DNA of 64,000 nt from Takakia lepidozioides (taxonomy: Eukaryota; Plantae; Bryophyta). The stretch lies in contig CM060731.1 in the NCBI GenBank assembly GCA_030704615.1, forward strand, positions 40,238,001 through 40,302,000, given 5' to 3'. The notes beneath the pieces were generated by a model, which saw only the letters and a program-made list of their open reading frames with translations, had not been told where the DNA came from and did no database searches. Made by a program: the position numbers and the translations under genes. Shown piece after piece: positions 1 to 12,727 of the stretch (position 1 is the stretch's first letter; every line of letters starts with the position of its first letter).

Positions 1-3000
1 GCCTTTGTGCGAAAGGGTTTTACAAACCTGACATGCTCTCTATTGATCTCTGCCAAGAACTTCTGCAGGTTTGTCAATTTTCTTATTAAGTGCAAGCCTC
101 TAAATGGAGATGAATAGTTTTTCCCTCAAGCTGTCGACATAAGTGCACTACCTATCCTTTGTGTGGCTAGAGTAGTTTAACCTTTATTCGGGTTGCATGC
201 TACATTTGTGCAGTTCGTCTGATTCAAGCACCAACCACTTACCATGTCATTTACTTCAAGCCAGATATAGTTGATTAGGTCTTTCACTGTGAGTTTTGAT
301 GCAGCTTCTTTAGTTCTTGATCAGCTTTGTAAGGGGAGAAGCATTGTTACCCATGTGTAATTGATTAATCATTCACTCCAAGTTTTGTGTTTGTAGCATC
401 TTGTACCTAAGAAGAAGTTTGTTTACTTCATTACACTGCTAGTTGGATCAGGGTGCAATGTTTGCCACTCTCTGACGCTGTGATTGGCATGCATAGATTC
501 TATTGGACCCCCGCTTCCAGAAGTACTCTGGATCTGCAGCTGCTATTGTGTACCTCGTAGAGCAGGTATTCGGCGAAGTTGTTTGAAAGCTGCGATCTCT
601 TGATTTTCTTGGCAGTTTGAGTTACATGGACTGCATGTTCTGTCATGCTTTTAGTTAGATGAGGGGATGCTCTGTTTAGGAGGTGAAGAGATGTACCGAT
701 GACTGTCCCGTTCCTGTTGTGGGGTTTCTGCACACCTAGACTTAGAATCTCAGACAAAAATTGCAACAACTGTCCTTGCGATTGACTATCAGGTCGCAGG
801 GTGTATACACATACTGGTATGGACATCATGATACAAATCACAATGTGGCACTCCTGTTCCAGCCCCAGATCTCACACAGATGTGACATGTTTGGCTGTGA
901 GTACAATGCCAGTACAGTGTGCTTGAGAAAGGGCAGGAGATGGAATTGCCAAGAGAGGGAGAGAGAGATTGTACTCATAAGACGTTGTTTGCCGTAGCCT
1001 TGTGGCCATTGACCCCGCGCCCAGTTTGAGCGGGAACAAAAGGGACAGAACCTACCTCTGTCAGGGGCTGACGTTGGTAGTAAGACTTACCTCCATATAA
1101 AGAATTAATCCGGGTTTTCCAGATATCCTCTAGAAATCCCTTCACACAAGCATCAATCTGCTGTGTGTGATTTGCCCAAAAACTAGGCCTCAGGAGGGCC
1201 TGGGCTTTTGGCTCAGCCTCGAGACTTTCAAAGTTGGTAAACAGGGGTACAGGCACAATTCCCTTAATAGATTTGAAGAGAGCGTCTCTTTGGTGAGAGA
1301 ACCCCGGACAGTGTATCAGAAAATGAATACTGTCTTCAGATTGCCCACACAACGGGCAATTGCACTCTCCCTTTCCTCTCTGCTTCTGTTTGCTGTTCAA
1401 AGGTAGGCTTCCTGCCCTGAGTTTAAATTTCAGTCTAGTGCCGAGAGTGGGTAGACCCTTGAGGTCATCCAAGATGTCCTCCCCCATGTCACAGACTGGA
1501 AACAAGTTCAGGGAAGTTTTCTGCCTAACTTCATTTTCATCAGACAATCTCATGGCAACAGACATGGCTGAGGACACTACAGCCTCTAAGTCAGATTTAT
1601 CCAGCAGGGTCAAGACTTGCGGATCCAGGTCCAGGTCCTTGAGGATCTCTGCTACTCTTCTGCCAGGACTTAGCCTGTTTGACAGGGCGGTCCTGTTTCC
1701 AAGTATAGAGTCGATTAACTTAGGATATCTGGTGTTGGGCATATGTTGCAGCTGACCCCACCATCTGACCTTGAATTCATCTCGTCGGTAGCTTAAGGAC
1801 GGAACGCCAAACTCACCCTGAACAGCCACTTTGGCTGTTTTGGAGCATGCTGACATACACTCCTTAAGCACCCACACTTGAATGGATTCTAGAGACTTAG
1901 CCTGGTTGGAGTTATCAACCCATATAGCAGATCCGTACTCCAAGGCAGGTCTAATAACGCGACAAAGCATGGTTTTCTTAACCTCAGAGTTGACCCCTCT
2001 GCAGTGGAAAAATTTAGTGAGCCCCAGAGCTTTGCCCTTGCCAGTTTGAACAACTTTCCGGATATGTGCATCCCAATTACAATTGGAGGAGAACTCAACG
2101 CCCAGGTAAGTGTAGGAAGGGAGGACCTCTAGACTCCAGATCAACCTCGAGACGAGTACTTATAACTCTGCAGAATGTCTTGCCAACAGCATTGAGGAGC
2201 GTGATGCCACGGTAGTTCCCCGGTTCTTCTCTGTCACCCTTCTTGTATAGATTGACAATGACCCCGTCGCCAGCGAAAGGGATCATTTCAGTCTTCCAGA
2301 TAAGGTTAAAGAGGAGAACTAGGGCCTCTATCATGGGATCGCCACCGTGCTTGATAAGCTCGTTGACAATACCATCAGGTCCACCAGCTTTATATCCATT
2401 TAAATGTTCAATTGCTTCCACAATCTCAGAAGAACTAATGGGAGCATTATAAGCCATTGAAATATACTCCAGTTCATCAGGGCTGTTTTGAATCATAGGA
2501 ACAGTTTTTCCAACTGTGTCCCTCCATTCAGCAGAAGACCCCTCACTGTTAGACCTAGAAGTTCTGCCAAGGCTACTGTAGTGAGTTTCAAAGGTTTTGA
2601 CAATGTCAACCGATGAAGTCACCACTGTACCTTTAGTAGTCTTCAGCGCTTGTACTTGCTGACCGTTTTTCGGCTTGTACAAACGTTGAAGGGCCAACCA
2701 GAATTTCTTGTCATTACCACCATGGTGGTTTGAGTTTATTTCACTGTATAACTTGTCCCAGTATAATTTCTTCTGAGACCTAACAAGCTGATTGATATCT
2801 TTACGGAGCTGGTAGTACCTCGCCCACAATTCTCTGTTGGTTTCCAAATTGCAGCACTCTTTATAGAGGGCTCGTCTCTCAGCTATCTTGAGTTTAATCT
2901 CATTAGTCCACCAATTAACTGCTCTACTGCAGACAATTAGTTTCCTCCCAATGATCTTGTCAGCCACGGAGGAAACAAAACTCTCCCAAGAGTCCACTGC

Positions 3001-6000
3001 TCTTTCGACTTCATTTCTTGCGTTAACAGAGCGTGACTGAAGTTCTTGGAGCGATTGGACAAAATGAGGGAGAGCCTCTTGCAAGGCCTGGACGTGCTCA
3101 GCCTTGACCTCCTCATTGTGGAATTTTTCTATGCGCCACTTCCGAATCGAACGTTTCACAGATCTCTTGGTGGTGGGAAAACACCTTTTGATCTCAGTCC
3201 AAACCAGGAAGTGGTCAGAGGTACCAATATCAGTTCTGTCGATCAACACATTGGCACACTGGGGGAACAAAATTTTGTCCATTATGATATAGTCCACAAT
3301 GGAACGTACCCCAGTTTGGGGTTTCTCACGAGTCCACTGCACTTGGTCACCTCTTGTCCTGTTATTCAAGGTCAAAAGCTGAAGCTCTTCTAGACAGTTA
3401 ATTAACCGTCTGCCATTAGAATTCAGCTCGTCCTCACCAAAAGGTCCAATGATATCGTCCTGATGGATCCCTTTGCCCACCCGGGCATTGAAGTCCCCCA
3501 ATAGTACCACCTGACCTTTGGCAAGGAACGAAGCACAGTCCAGCTTTACATCTTCGAAGGCCTTGTCTGCGTCAGCACTAAGGGTCCCCTCTGTGGGCAT
3601 GTAAACACAACCAACAAAGAGGTCCTTTGTACTCATGCCGCCCTTCAAATTCAGTTTTAGCCAGATACTATGCTCGTACCTCAAACCCTTGTTGATAATT
3701 TCACAATTGTCAAACAAGAAATCACGGACAAAGAATCCGACCCCTTTTTGACCGCGTTTGGCAGAGGCTGCCTTGAGAGTACACATCTTACCTGCCCATT
3801 TATAACCAATGACATCTCCAACCAGTTTATCCGACGTTTCCCTTGTTTCTTGCCCAGCACAGATATGAATATCATTAGTCCGAAGAACTTGTCCCACTTC
3901 AAGTTGTTTCCTTTGGTTGGTCAACCCTGAGAAGTTGAAAGTGGCCAGCCGCAAGCCAGCCCTTTGCGTGTGAATTGTTTGTCGTCTAGGTAGCTTGTGA
4001 TTGCTCCTGGACGGCCAACCGTTCTGCAAAGGGGGGACAGTTACCCCATGTGTAGATTTTGCTCGTCTTGTGTAAACTTTGAGAATTGGTAAACCATTCA
4101 GGGTACCAAATCTTTCAGTTACACGACGCACAGGCTCCGCACACATAGGGGCAGATTGTCCGTCAGACTGCTTGGGGACAAGTACCCCGTGTATAGATTT
4201 TGCTCGTCTTGTGTAGACTTTGAGGATTGGTAAACCATTTAGAGTACCAAATCCTTCAGTTACACGACGTTCAGGCTCTGCACACTTAGGGACAGATTGT
4301 CCATCTGACGGCTTGGGGACAATTACCCCGTGTATAGAATTTGTTCGTCTTGTGTAAACCTTGAGGATTGGTAAACCATTCAGAGTACCAAATCCTTCAG
4401 ATTCAGGACGTTCAGGTTCCGTACACTTAGGGGCATCTTGTCCTTCTGGCTGTTTGGATTCAACCTCATCCAGAGCATCAAACCGATTAGAAACTCTCAA
4501 GTTGAAGTTGTTGCCCTTGGTTGTCTTCCTAGAGCGCCCCATTGAATCACCAATGTCTAAGACCGCTCTCCAGCCAGTCAAGGGACGAACTTCTTTGAGA
4601 TTGAATTGATGCGGGACTCTATTAGAAGCACTTTTGGTCATTGCAACCTTCAACGTACCCCTGTTATCAAGTCTCGAGATGGTACCATTAGCCATGAAAT
4701 CCAAGCCTAAGCTAGAGCATGTAGTTTTAAAGGACACATCGTCCATCCTGGGATTCACCCCAAAAACTACACATGAAGCCCTAGATTTGGCATAAGTAAC
4801 CAATTCCCAGGGATCACCCTGAGGAGTGTTGATGTTGATAGGAGCTAAAAATTTTATTGTTTTCGCAGGCCATAAGTTTAAGCACAGGAACCAACCCGAG
4901 CCCAAGTGCCGAGTATGATAGACAGAGCATATGACTGCCCAATTTGGGCGGAGGGGCTGCCCCCAAGCGGTAGGAGTCCGCTTGTTACCATTCAGAGATC
5001 ACACTCCAGGGAGTTGCAGGGAATGGCCCGTGTAGGCATATTCTAAAGAGGGAAAGGCCCCAAGCTTTCCAACTAAATCCAATTCACTACCTTACCTGAA
5101 GCAAAGCGCTTCAGGTCGAAACAAACAAGGACACGAGGTCACAAGGCCGGCATTTAGTCACAGAGACATTAATGTACTCCCGTTTCAAGTCCACCCAATG
5201 TCAATAGGCTTCCTAGAGGACAGGGAGAAGAGGGAGAGAGAGAGAGAGAGCAAAAGATTCCTGAAATTGTATTGGGTGCAGATTATCAATGCATCCACTG
5301 AAGAATATATGGAAAAGAAAGATCTGGTGCTCAAAGCTGCTGAGCTTTGTTTGGGCTGTATCCATCGCCTTCAAGGGTGGTATGTTCTCTACTTTTTTTG
5401 GACTCAACGTTTCGGTGTTTTCCTGGCACAAACTCAGCAGTCGTTCACCATTTTAATGTCACAGCATCTAATACTTGTGTCATCTCCAAGTTTGTTTCTC
5501 TCTCTTCGACAGAAAGGCTACGGCAAACGTCGTATAGTATTCTCTCTGACAAATGTTTGTGAACAGTGAACAGAGATTCATGGGAGAATGCGTTATGTTT
5601 ACTGTATTAGCTTTATCACTGATGCTAGTTATCTAAGAGTGCCACACGTTTGTATCTAACAGTGATTTGACAACTCCTCGGAGTACTTCTGAAATCGATG
5701 GAGTGGTCTGCTCTGCATTGCGAGCCATGGCAACCCTTGTAGGCCGTTTGAATCCTGCGGTATGTACTTGCACTGTGGTTGATGGTGGTATAAAGATGTT
5801 TTAGTTACATGGAGCCTCAGATAGGCAATGTGATGTGTGAAGCTTTTTTATTGCTGGATGGAATCAACTGTATTAGTAAACAGAAGTTTTCCAATATTTG
5901 AAACAATGAAGAGCATGACCTTATGTAGCATGAACTCTTAGGTCTGGCATCAGTCTGTGAGGAAACTGTGTTGTTCACCTGATGTAAGCAGGATTTATAC

Positions 6001-9000
6001 AAGAAAGAAGGAAAAACGAGGGAGACAAGATGTGAGTGCAGGCCTCTGACATTGTCATTAACTAACAGTGAAGTCGAACATCACATGAAAGCAATGATCT
6101 TTGAACTTCATCAGGTAATGGCAGTGTGTGTGCTAAAACTACTGGGTGGTGCAGTTTCAAGCTCTGTTACTTCCTCAACTGCTCTCTGCTGGAATTAAAA
6201 TTTTGAATGAAGCTCCAGTCAATAGAAGTGCGCCGTCAGCTGCTGTAGGCTTCATCACAGCTCTTACCCTCGTGACAGCAAAATACCCAGATGGTACTAC
6301 ACCTGTCATCCTACTTGTCTGGTGGTGTATTTTGGCTGCTTCACATCAATGTGTGCTTCCTTTTCACTCTTTCTGGAGAGGTCCTTATAAGTCCCTCTGT
6401 GGCTTTTGTATCTACTTAATTCTGAGTTTGGTATTCGTTTTGATTCTGATTGGAGATGGATCATTCTCATCTGTTCTGTGTTTGTGTTGTTCTAAGCTGC
6501 AAGCTCCAGCAATAACTTTGGTCCTATCCAGAGGGCTCTTATGCTGGCCTCTGCAGTAGAGAGTCTGGCACAGCTCTTTGAGGGCTATGTATCAGAGACA
6601 AGCCAAAGCGATGAACAAGTCCTCATGCAGCGTTTACCTCTGGTATTGGGAGTCATGGTAGCCATGGCCAGATCTCTACCTGAGGTTGCCAGCCCAAAGC
6701 AGGCTGCCCAAGCACGTTGCGTTTCCTGTCTTCATTCTGCCCTTCTGAACACACATACTTCTGTAAGAACTCACCAGAATTTGGAATGATGTTGATTTCA
6801 AATCCCTGTTGTATTCATGAACTGTGTGTGTATGTACACTTGCAGTGACCCGTAGGTGGACTTTGGTACTAGGGTTGAGTTTATTTTGAATAGAGGTACA
6901 TGGGTTCTGATATTCTATCCATTTGGAATCAAATCATGCATATGCTGAATCCTGTACTGTGTACATGGCTGCTTCAAGTAGCAACATTCAGGGATGTGTT
7001 TTCTCTTTTCCCCTAATGTAGGAGTCAATCCATAGAGGGTCTAGAACTTGCAATTGATGATGGATCGAAGCAGAAGCGGTGATTTTGGCTTAGTGGTACA
7101 ATCCTTAGACTCAACTTCAAACATTCTGAGTTTTGACCAATGGAGGTGAAAGTGAGATTTTACAGGTGGACCTGCATGAACTTAGATGCAAATATTCATT
7201 TGATCGTCTGGTGGATGCAGGTTCAAATGGCTGGTTTACAAACCCTTAGAACAGTGGCACAGGCAGGGTCTACAGAACAGCCACGAGGAGAAAGCTATGC
7301 ATGGGCCCTTCTGCTCTTACGCAGGCTTGCTGGAGATGTCACCTCGATTATGTACAAGTGTACAAAGGTGATTTACCAAGAATGCATAGTTGTGTACCAA
7401 ATGATTTACATGTCAGGAGAAAACTCTTTAAGATCAACAAATGGACTAGCCTGCTCTCTTGCAATTATTGGTAGGCAAAGGTCAATTTCAATGTTGATGT
7501 TATGTGAGTTGTCAATCTGAGCTTCAGTCTCAAAGCTTCAGTCGGATCTGTAACCACCAGTAGTTATGCTAATTAGTATGTGGCCTCCATTGTTCACTTA
7601 ACACTCATGTTATGTGCAACTTCTGTAGTCAAACTACCAACTGTACACAAAATACACAGGAATGAGTCTTCTCTGTGTAGTCACCCGTGGATATAATCTT
7701 CATCCTTCCTCTGGAAGCAGAACCCTCTTCCCTTCCTTTCTTCACATTTATCTGAGGGGAAAGGGACTTCCTCAGTGCAAATTCTATGAACAATAACTCT
7801 GGCTAGCAAAGGAAGTCTCTTTCTCGTTGCTCCGCATCTGCTTTGTTCATTGTTTGTTTTGCAAAGGCCGCAAAAAGTGATGCACATGACAGGGTGCCAA
7901 AGGTGTTTTGGCTCTTTCGCCATTCCAAACCTGTTAGTTGGCCCAGGAGGTAACTGTATGACAATGAAGTGCAGGCATCTATGACGGAAGTGGCTGCAGG
8001 AGCAGTGGGGGAGGGACTGAAGCTCCTGGTGCTACTACACTCACTGGTGGAAGGTGAAGAGTCACAGTTGGAAGTTCTGCATGTGCTACTTCCTGCAATT
8101 ATTTCTGCGGCTTCTGTGAGGGCCCAAGACAACCAGGTGACTTCCCTTGTTCCTATGAAAGCATGGAGTTTCACAGACATGATTGGCATGTGAACCACTT
8201 TGTTAGTCCTTGTCTATTGTATGGAGATGGCAAACATTTTTGCTGGTATTCTAATTTACATTGATGAACATCGTATTGAAAGTGGTACATGAAAGAAGAA
8301 AGGAATCTGAGAGCTGCAATAGTACTCAATGATAGAAATCAGTCCAGTCTCCTAATACGCACAGTTGCAGAAGAAGAGTACTCCTTTGGTATGGTAGTGT
8401 GCCCTACAAACATTTTGGGTCATGTATGGTTGGATCTTTCTAATGTTAGCTGGAACGGAGGTGACATTGCTTGCACAGGTAGCAGCAGCTTTGGTAAATG
8501 CAGCAGTAAAGCTGGTCACACACTTGGCATCAGTGCCATCATCCGCTGCTCAATTTCGTACTGTTCTCCTGGATTTGCCCCCTGAATCCCGCCAGCAGCT
8601 CCAGGTCCATGTTCTAAGTTGCCTCACATCTTTGCACGTATTTAATGATGTCTAGTTTGGTTGTTCTTCTCGTTCCTGTCTTCTGCTAGTTGTATGACTG
8701 TAGAAGATGGCACTCTGTGTTTTCTTGACAGTAGGCAGCATATGCCAGATGAATGAACATGGCAGAGTTGTAATATTGGCAGCCTATAATTGTTATTTTC
8801 GCTCTCAAGGACCAAGTGTGTTATTCTGATGGGATGAGTGGTGTAAATGTACGTGGGAGTTTTCTCTGTGTCAATGGCGGGAGGGCTGATTTTTGTTTGC
8901 AACAAATTATTTTAGTAAGGTGCTTCCAGAAAGGAGCCCTTGTATTTAGAGAGTTGTTGCAAAGAGTCTAACTTTATGCACCCCCATGTGGCAGGCTATC

Positions 9001-10191
9001 ATCCGAGCATCAGTTTCACAGCACAATACTGCAAGCTCAGGCTTGGTTATAGCAACTATCCCAGTCGATCCCAGACCCACCAGCAGGCCTGTTCTGCCAA
9101 CTTCCTCTGCTGGTTTCCTACTCCCTCCTCCGAGTTCTGGTCACTTGGCAGGGAGACCAGCCGCTGCCACCACTCAGCCCTCTCCTGACTTTGACGATGA
9201 AGACGATGATGAATGGGATGATTTTCAGGCACATCCAGCTATTGGTGATTCTTCTTCACAGCCTGCATCCTTTGTAGAGAAGGAAGTGGATGATATTCAG
9301 GCGAGTCCTCCCATTGCCACCTCTACTGGTTTAAAAGGTGCAGTTGATGCAGAAGAAAGGGGGCGAAGTCAATTCACTCCTTTCGAATCTACAGCTAATG
9401 CCCCACAACAAGGAGCTATAGAGGAATGGGGGGATGCTTTTGCATCTGCAGACAGTCTGTGTGAGACACCACATGGACTGGGAGTTAAGGATGAGAAGTG
9501 GGAGCAGGAATCTCAGTTCTCTTCTGCTCTGTCTAACTCAACTGCATTTGCTTCTGAATCTAGAGTGCCTGAGACATCACAGCCTGGAGCTGATGAGGAG
9601 GTGTGGGATTCCTTGGAAAGTGCACCTATGGCTGTGAATCCCAGCATGGGGACGTCGCCTTCTTCTTTTGATGATGATGAGGATGATGATGATGATATAT
9701 GGGATAGTTCCCTTGAGCCAGGTGATATTTATACTAAAGGTCGTGGGAATGGTCCTCAAGAACACTCTCATGCAAAAGCACATGAGGGACAAGCCAGTCT
9801 GCGGAACGGAAGGGACGAACATACACCAGAAAATTCATCTGCAAATGGAAAGGAGCTGATGAGTCACAGGCCTGAAGATGGTGTACTGTATGATCAGTCA
9901 GATGTTGCAGCTGGAGGCTTGGAGACTGCTGACCTTGATGGTGACGACTCAGATGATTTCCAGGAAGCACACTCAGAGATGGGCATGGAGGAGAATGGGC
10001 ACATGGCTGAAACTGGAATTTGTGATGAGTATATCTCCCCAGGGGAGGGTGAAAAGCATGACAACACTTCTCCGAACAGGTTAGACTCTCTAGCTGTTTC
10101 GGTCTCTTGGAGGCTTCATTCAAGAAAACTTGATAGGGTGATCTCAAAAATGAAACTTGGAAAATGGACAAATATGTCGCCTTCCCCTTAA
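1..10191 (+). CDS. SWEETIE: SWEETIE / HEATR5 HEAT-repeat trafficking protein, 3' portion of a multi-exon gene that starts upstream of the window
   Basis: GT-AG exons at about 1-68, 498-566, 5282-5377, 5566-5760, 6116-6291, 6532-6762, 7221-7367, 7974-8136, 8449-8604 and 8995-10191. Peptides IINASTEEYMEKKDLVLKAAELCLGCIHR and LVTHLASVPSSAAQFRTVLLDLPPESRQQLQ|AIIRASVSQ resemble the plant SWEETIE C-terminus. The acidic tail carries WDDF-type motifs. The exact 3' end is uncertain. Confidence 0.85.
975..2144 (-). pseudogene. LINE ORF, C-terminal part: RT motif 7, thumb and zinc finger
   Basis: LEVLPSYTYLGVEF..., RPALEYGSAIW and CNCPLCGQSEDSIHFLIHC. The stop codon lies about 6 nt from the element end. 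Confidence 0.9.
2095..4905 (-). pseudogene. LINE ORF, N-terminal part: unique N-domain, 3x47-aa repeat, APE endonuclease, RT subdomains 0-1
   Basis: 936-aa ORF with APE and early RT motifs. It goes out of frame after FCRVISTRLEVDLE. Confidence 0.9.
4035..4450 (-). repeat. Three tandem 141-bp (47-aa) coding repeats inside the LINE ORF
   Basis: GFGTLNGLPILKVYTRR..HGV.VP occurs three times. The gtgta anchors at 4070, 4211 and 4352 give a period of 141. Confidence 0.95.
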
Positions 10192-10540
10192 TTCGAGCCG
10201 GATAACCCACAGATGTTGACATAACCTAGGGCTAAAGTGGCAAATGCTGCTACCCCATTCGCAGACGAAGGGCTTGTGGAGGATTCTGGAGAAGGTGTGG
10301 TTGCCCCTGCTGCCTCTCAGACCCAGTCGATGGAAGGGAAGCCGAGAGCCGTTGACTTAATCTGTCACATCCATCCTCCCCCACACCAATTGCTTCTTCA
10401 GATACTACGCAGATTGCAGATCACTGCATATATATATGATACATTCTTCCCGATGAAGCCTCTTTGACTGATTGGATTGTAAGCTCTAATGATGCTCTAA
10501 TCTAATGCTAGTCAGTTGCTCCTGTTTGTAATATATATTG

Positions 10541-11163
10541 TTAGCTTTTCCCTTCATATGTGCCATAGTGGCTGCCTGTGGCGGCTGTGAACTGGATGCA
10601 CCCCCTCCTTGTGGTGACAGGGCCTATACCTCTTCCACTGGAAACTGAAGAACAAAGGACTTGCAGATAAGTGGCCAGTAACTGTTCCTCAGGAACAAAT
10701 TCTTTCTTGTCAATGTTGGAACTCAAGTCCTCCACTTGAGTTTGTAATTGCATCACTGCCTCCTGCAGCTCAGCTATTTGCCCATAGACAGCATCTATGG
10801 CTCCTGTGGCAATTTTCTGCACTCGCTGCCTGAGATCTTGCATCTCCTCCTTTGTCAACTTCCTTGGTGCCTTGCCCCTACCGGTCCTTCATTTAATCAT
10901 ACATGCAGGAGATGGTCATCCGCCATCTTCTCAGTAGACTCCCTGATGTCTTGTTCCTCCTTCTGTTGGTATGCCTCCAACTGTTTCTCCAACTTCTGAA
11001 TGCGTTGTGCATGCAATTACCACCACAAGTGAAAGTGGGTCTACCTTTTGTGCTACATGGATTTATTCTGAGTGTCTTCTAACATGGTGTCTGTTGGCCT
11101 TGGTTCTAGGGTGGAACATTCTCCTGAGACTTGAGTGTCTTCTGCCTCTGACGTTGATGTCAT
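10541..11163 (-). pseudogene. Decayed coiled-coil coding relic, possibly a TE ORF1/gag-like remnant
   Basis: From ATG 11163: MTSTSEAEDTQ...KSM*HKR*THFHLWW*LHAQRIQKLEKQLEAYQQKEEQ..., then a frameshift to KLTKEEMQDLRQRVQKIA...IAELQEAVMQLQTQVEDL. The stops are compatible with C>T decay. Confidence 0.4.
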
Positions 11164-12727
11164 GCTTCTTTACGCGCGTCACCGTGGAACCTGCATGTTC
11201 ACCTTAGATCAAATCACTACCACAGATACATCAAGTCGACCACAATTTTGTCACCCCTTTCTGGTCGCAGGTGATGGGTTGACTACCGCGGAGGATGTCC
11301 ATGCTCAGATTGTGTTGTGTTGACAGGGATTGAGGGTAGTCAATGTGCTGTTACATTATGTGTCGTTTCAAATTAATGCAAATGTATTTATGTTTCGAAT
11401 ATATTGGGCCTCAATGGTCTGAGTTACTGGATCAACTAGACTTGGTTGCATGGGTGGCATCTGTATTTTCACTACTTTCTATTCTTACGCACCTTGCACC
11501 CACATAGGACCATTCCACAAAGCTCAAGTCCTCGAGATGATTGCAAATAGCTATAGGGCAGGAACTCAAAATCACACATCACAGAGCTAGAGTCAGGGCA
11601 CCGAAGCTTAACTCGTTCACGAAAGTGTTCCCTCTCGGTCTTCGACCATTCTGCTAAGAATTCCGGGGTTGCCATCCCATGTAGTTTGGGGGACATTACC
11701 CTGCATTACACCTGCATCAGACAAGAGTTAGAATGTTAAGTTCCAGTAAAAAAGAAATAGATTTCTCTTTGCAAAAGTATTTTTTAAGCTTGTAGGCCAA
11801 GGGTTCGCACTGACTTTGCACTTTCTAGTGCAACCATTTAATTTTTGGTTTTGTCAAACAATGACCTTTCAGGGGTTTATCAATCAAAATGAAGAACACA
11901 AAGTAAGGCTAGAAGATGTGTTTTATTTACACAATCTCCAATAGAACAAAGACCCCAGTGTTGTAAGTTGTAACCAGTAGAACAAAGAGACTTTTCATAG
12001 TTGCAAGGCTGTAAGTTGCGCTTCTATGTAATTGCTAGAGTAGGGAGGAAAAAAAAAAAAAAAAATCTTCACCCTCTTGCCTCTTCTCTAGACTCCAATC
12101 CAGTGTTCTTGTCCTCGGATAAGAAGAGACTCAACAAGTTCCATCCTTCGGCCTGTTGCTTGTTTTCGTAAAGCCAAAAGCTGCTTCCGCCAGAACTCCG
12201 AGATGATTTGAAACAGGGCAGAAAGAGAAGAAGGTATAGAAAGTAGATTGGGGCGTGGAATTGAGAAAGGTGGCTAGAGATTCAATGGATGTGATTCAAA
12301 TTCTGTTACAAGTGTTTTGGATGTGAAGTGGAATATTCACACATTCAGTGATTCAGTCATGTCCGAAGCGTCTAGTTAGTGTGCGCACACGTCATTAGAC
12401 CAAATTCGGGTTGATAGCACAAATGAGGAAAAGCAGGTTGTGGACATGTATGTATGAAAAAGGAGGTACAAGCAAATTAAGCAAAAGGTATGCGATAAAA
12501 GTAGCATAAAAATAGGAACACAGATATCGGAAAACAGACAAGTATGACTTGTAAACGGGGCCTCATCTCATTCCGCCTGTCTCGCACCTCTCTCTCTGCA
12601 CGCTCTCGTTTTGCGCTGCAGCTGTGTTCGTTCATTCACTCACTCGCACTGCAGTTTTTGTGTGTGTGTGTCTAGTTTACTGGGTTGGGCGGTGTGCGTC
12701 AGGAACAAGACTGTGCACATCTGCATC

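Larger units (their letters stand above)
969..5217 (-). mobile_element. Non-LTR retrotransposon (RTE-X-like, single ORF APE-RT-CCHC), near full length, inserted antisense in a SWEETIE intron
   Basis: APE motifs (ATFNFSGL, GQETR, LLGDFNARVG, IVDYI, SDHFLV), RT N-terminus (KAGGPDGI, YRGITLLNAVGK), RT motif 7 (YTYLG) and C-terminal CPLC..E..HFLIHC. The 5' limit is defined by identity to the copy at 63072. A 15-bp TSD agagggagagagaga lies at 954-968 and 5229-5243. Confidence 0.93.

Noticed and set aside
11472-12240. Possible small minus-strand spliced gene (MSPKLHGMATPEF...)
   Set aside because: No recognisable homology or coherent exon chain could be built.
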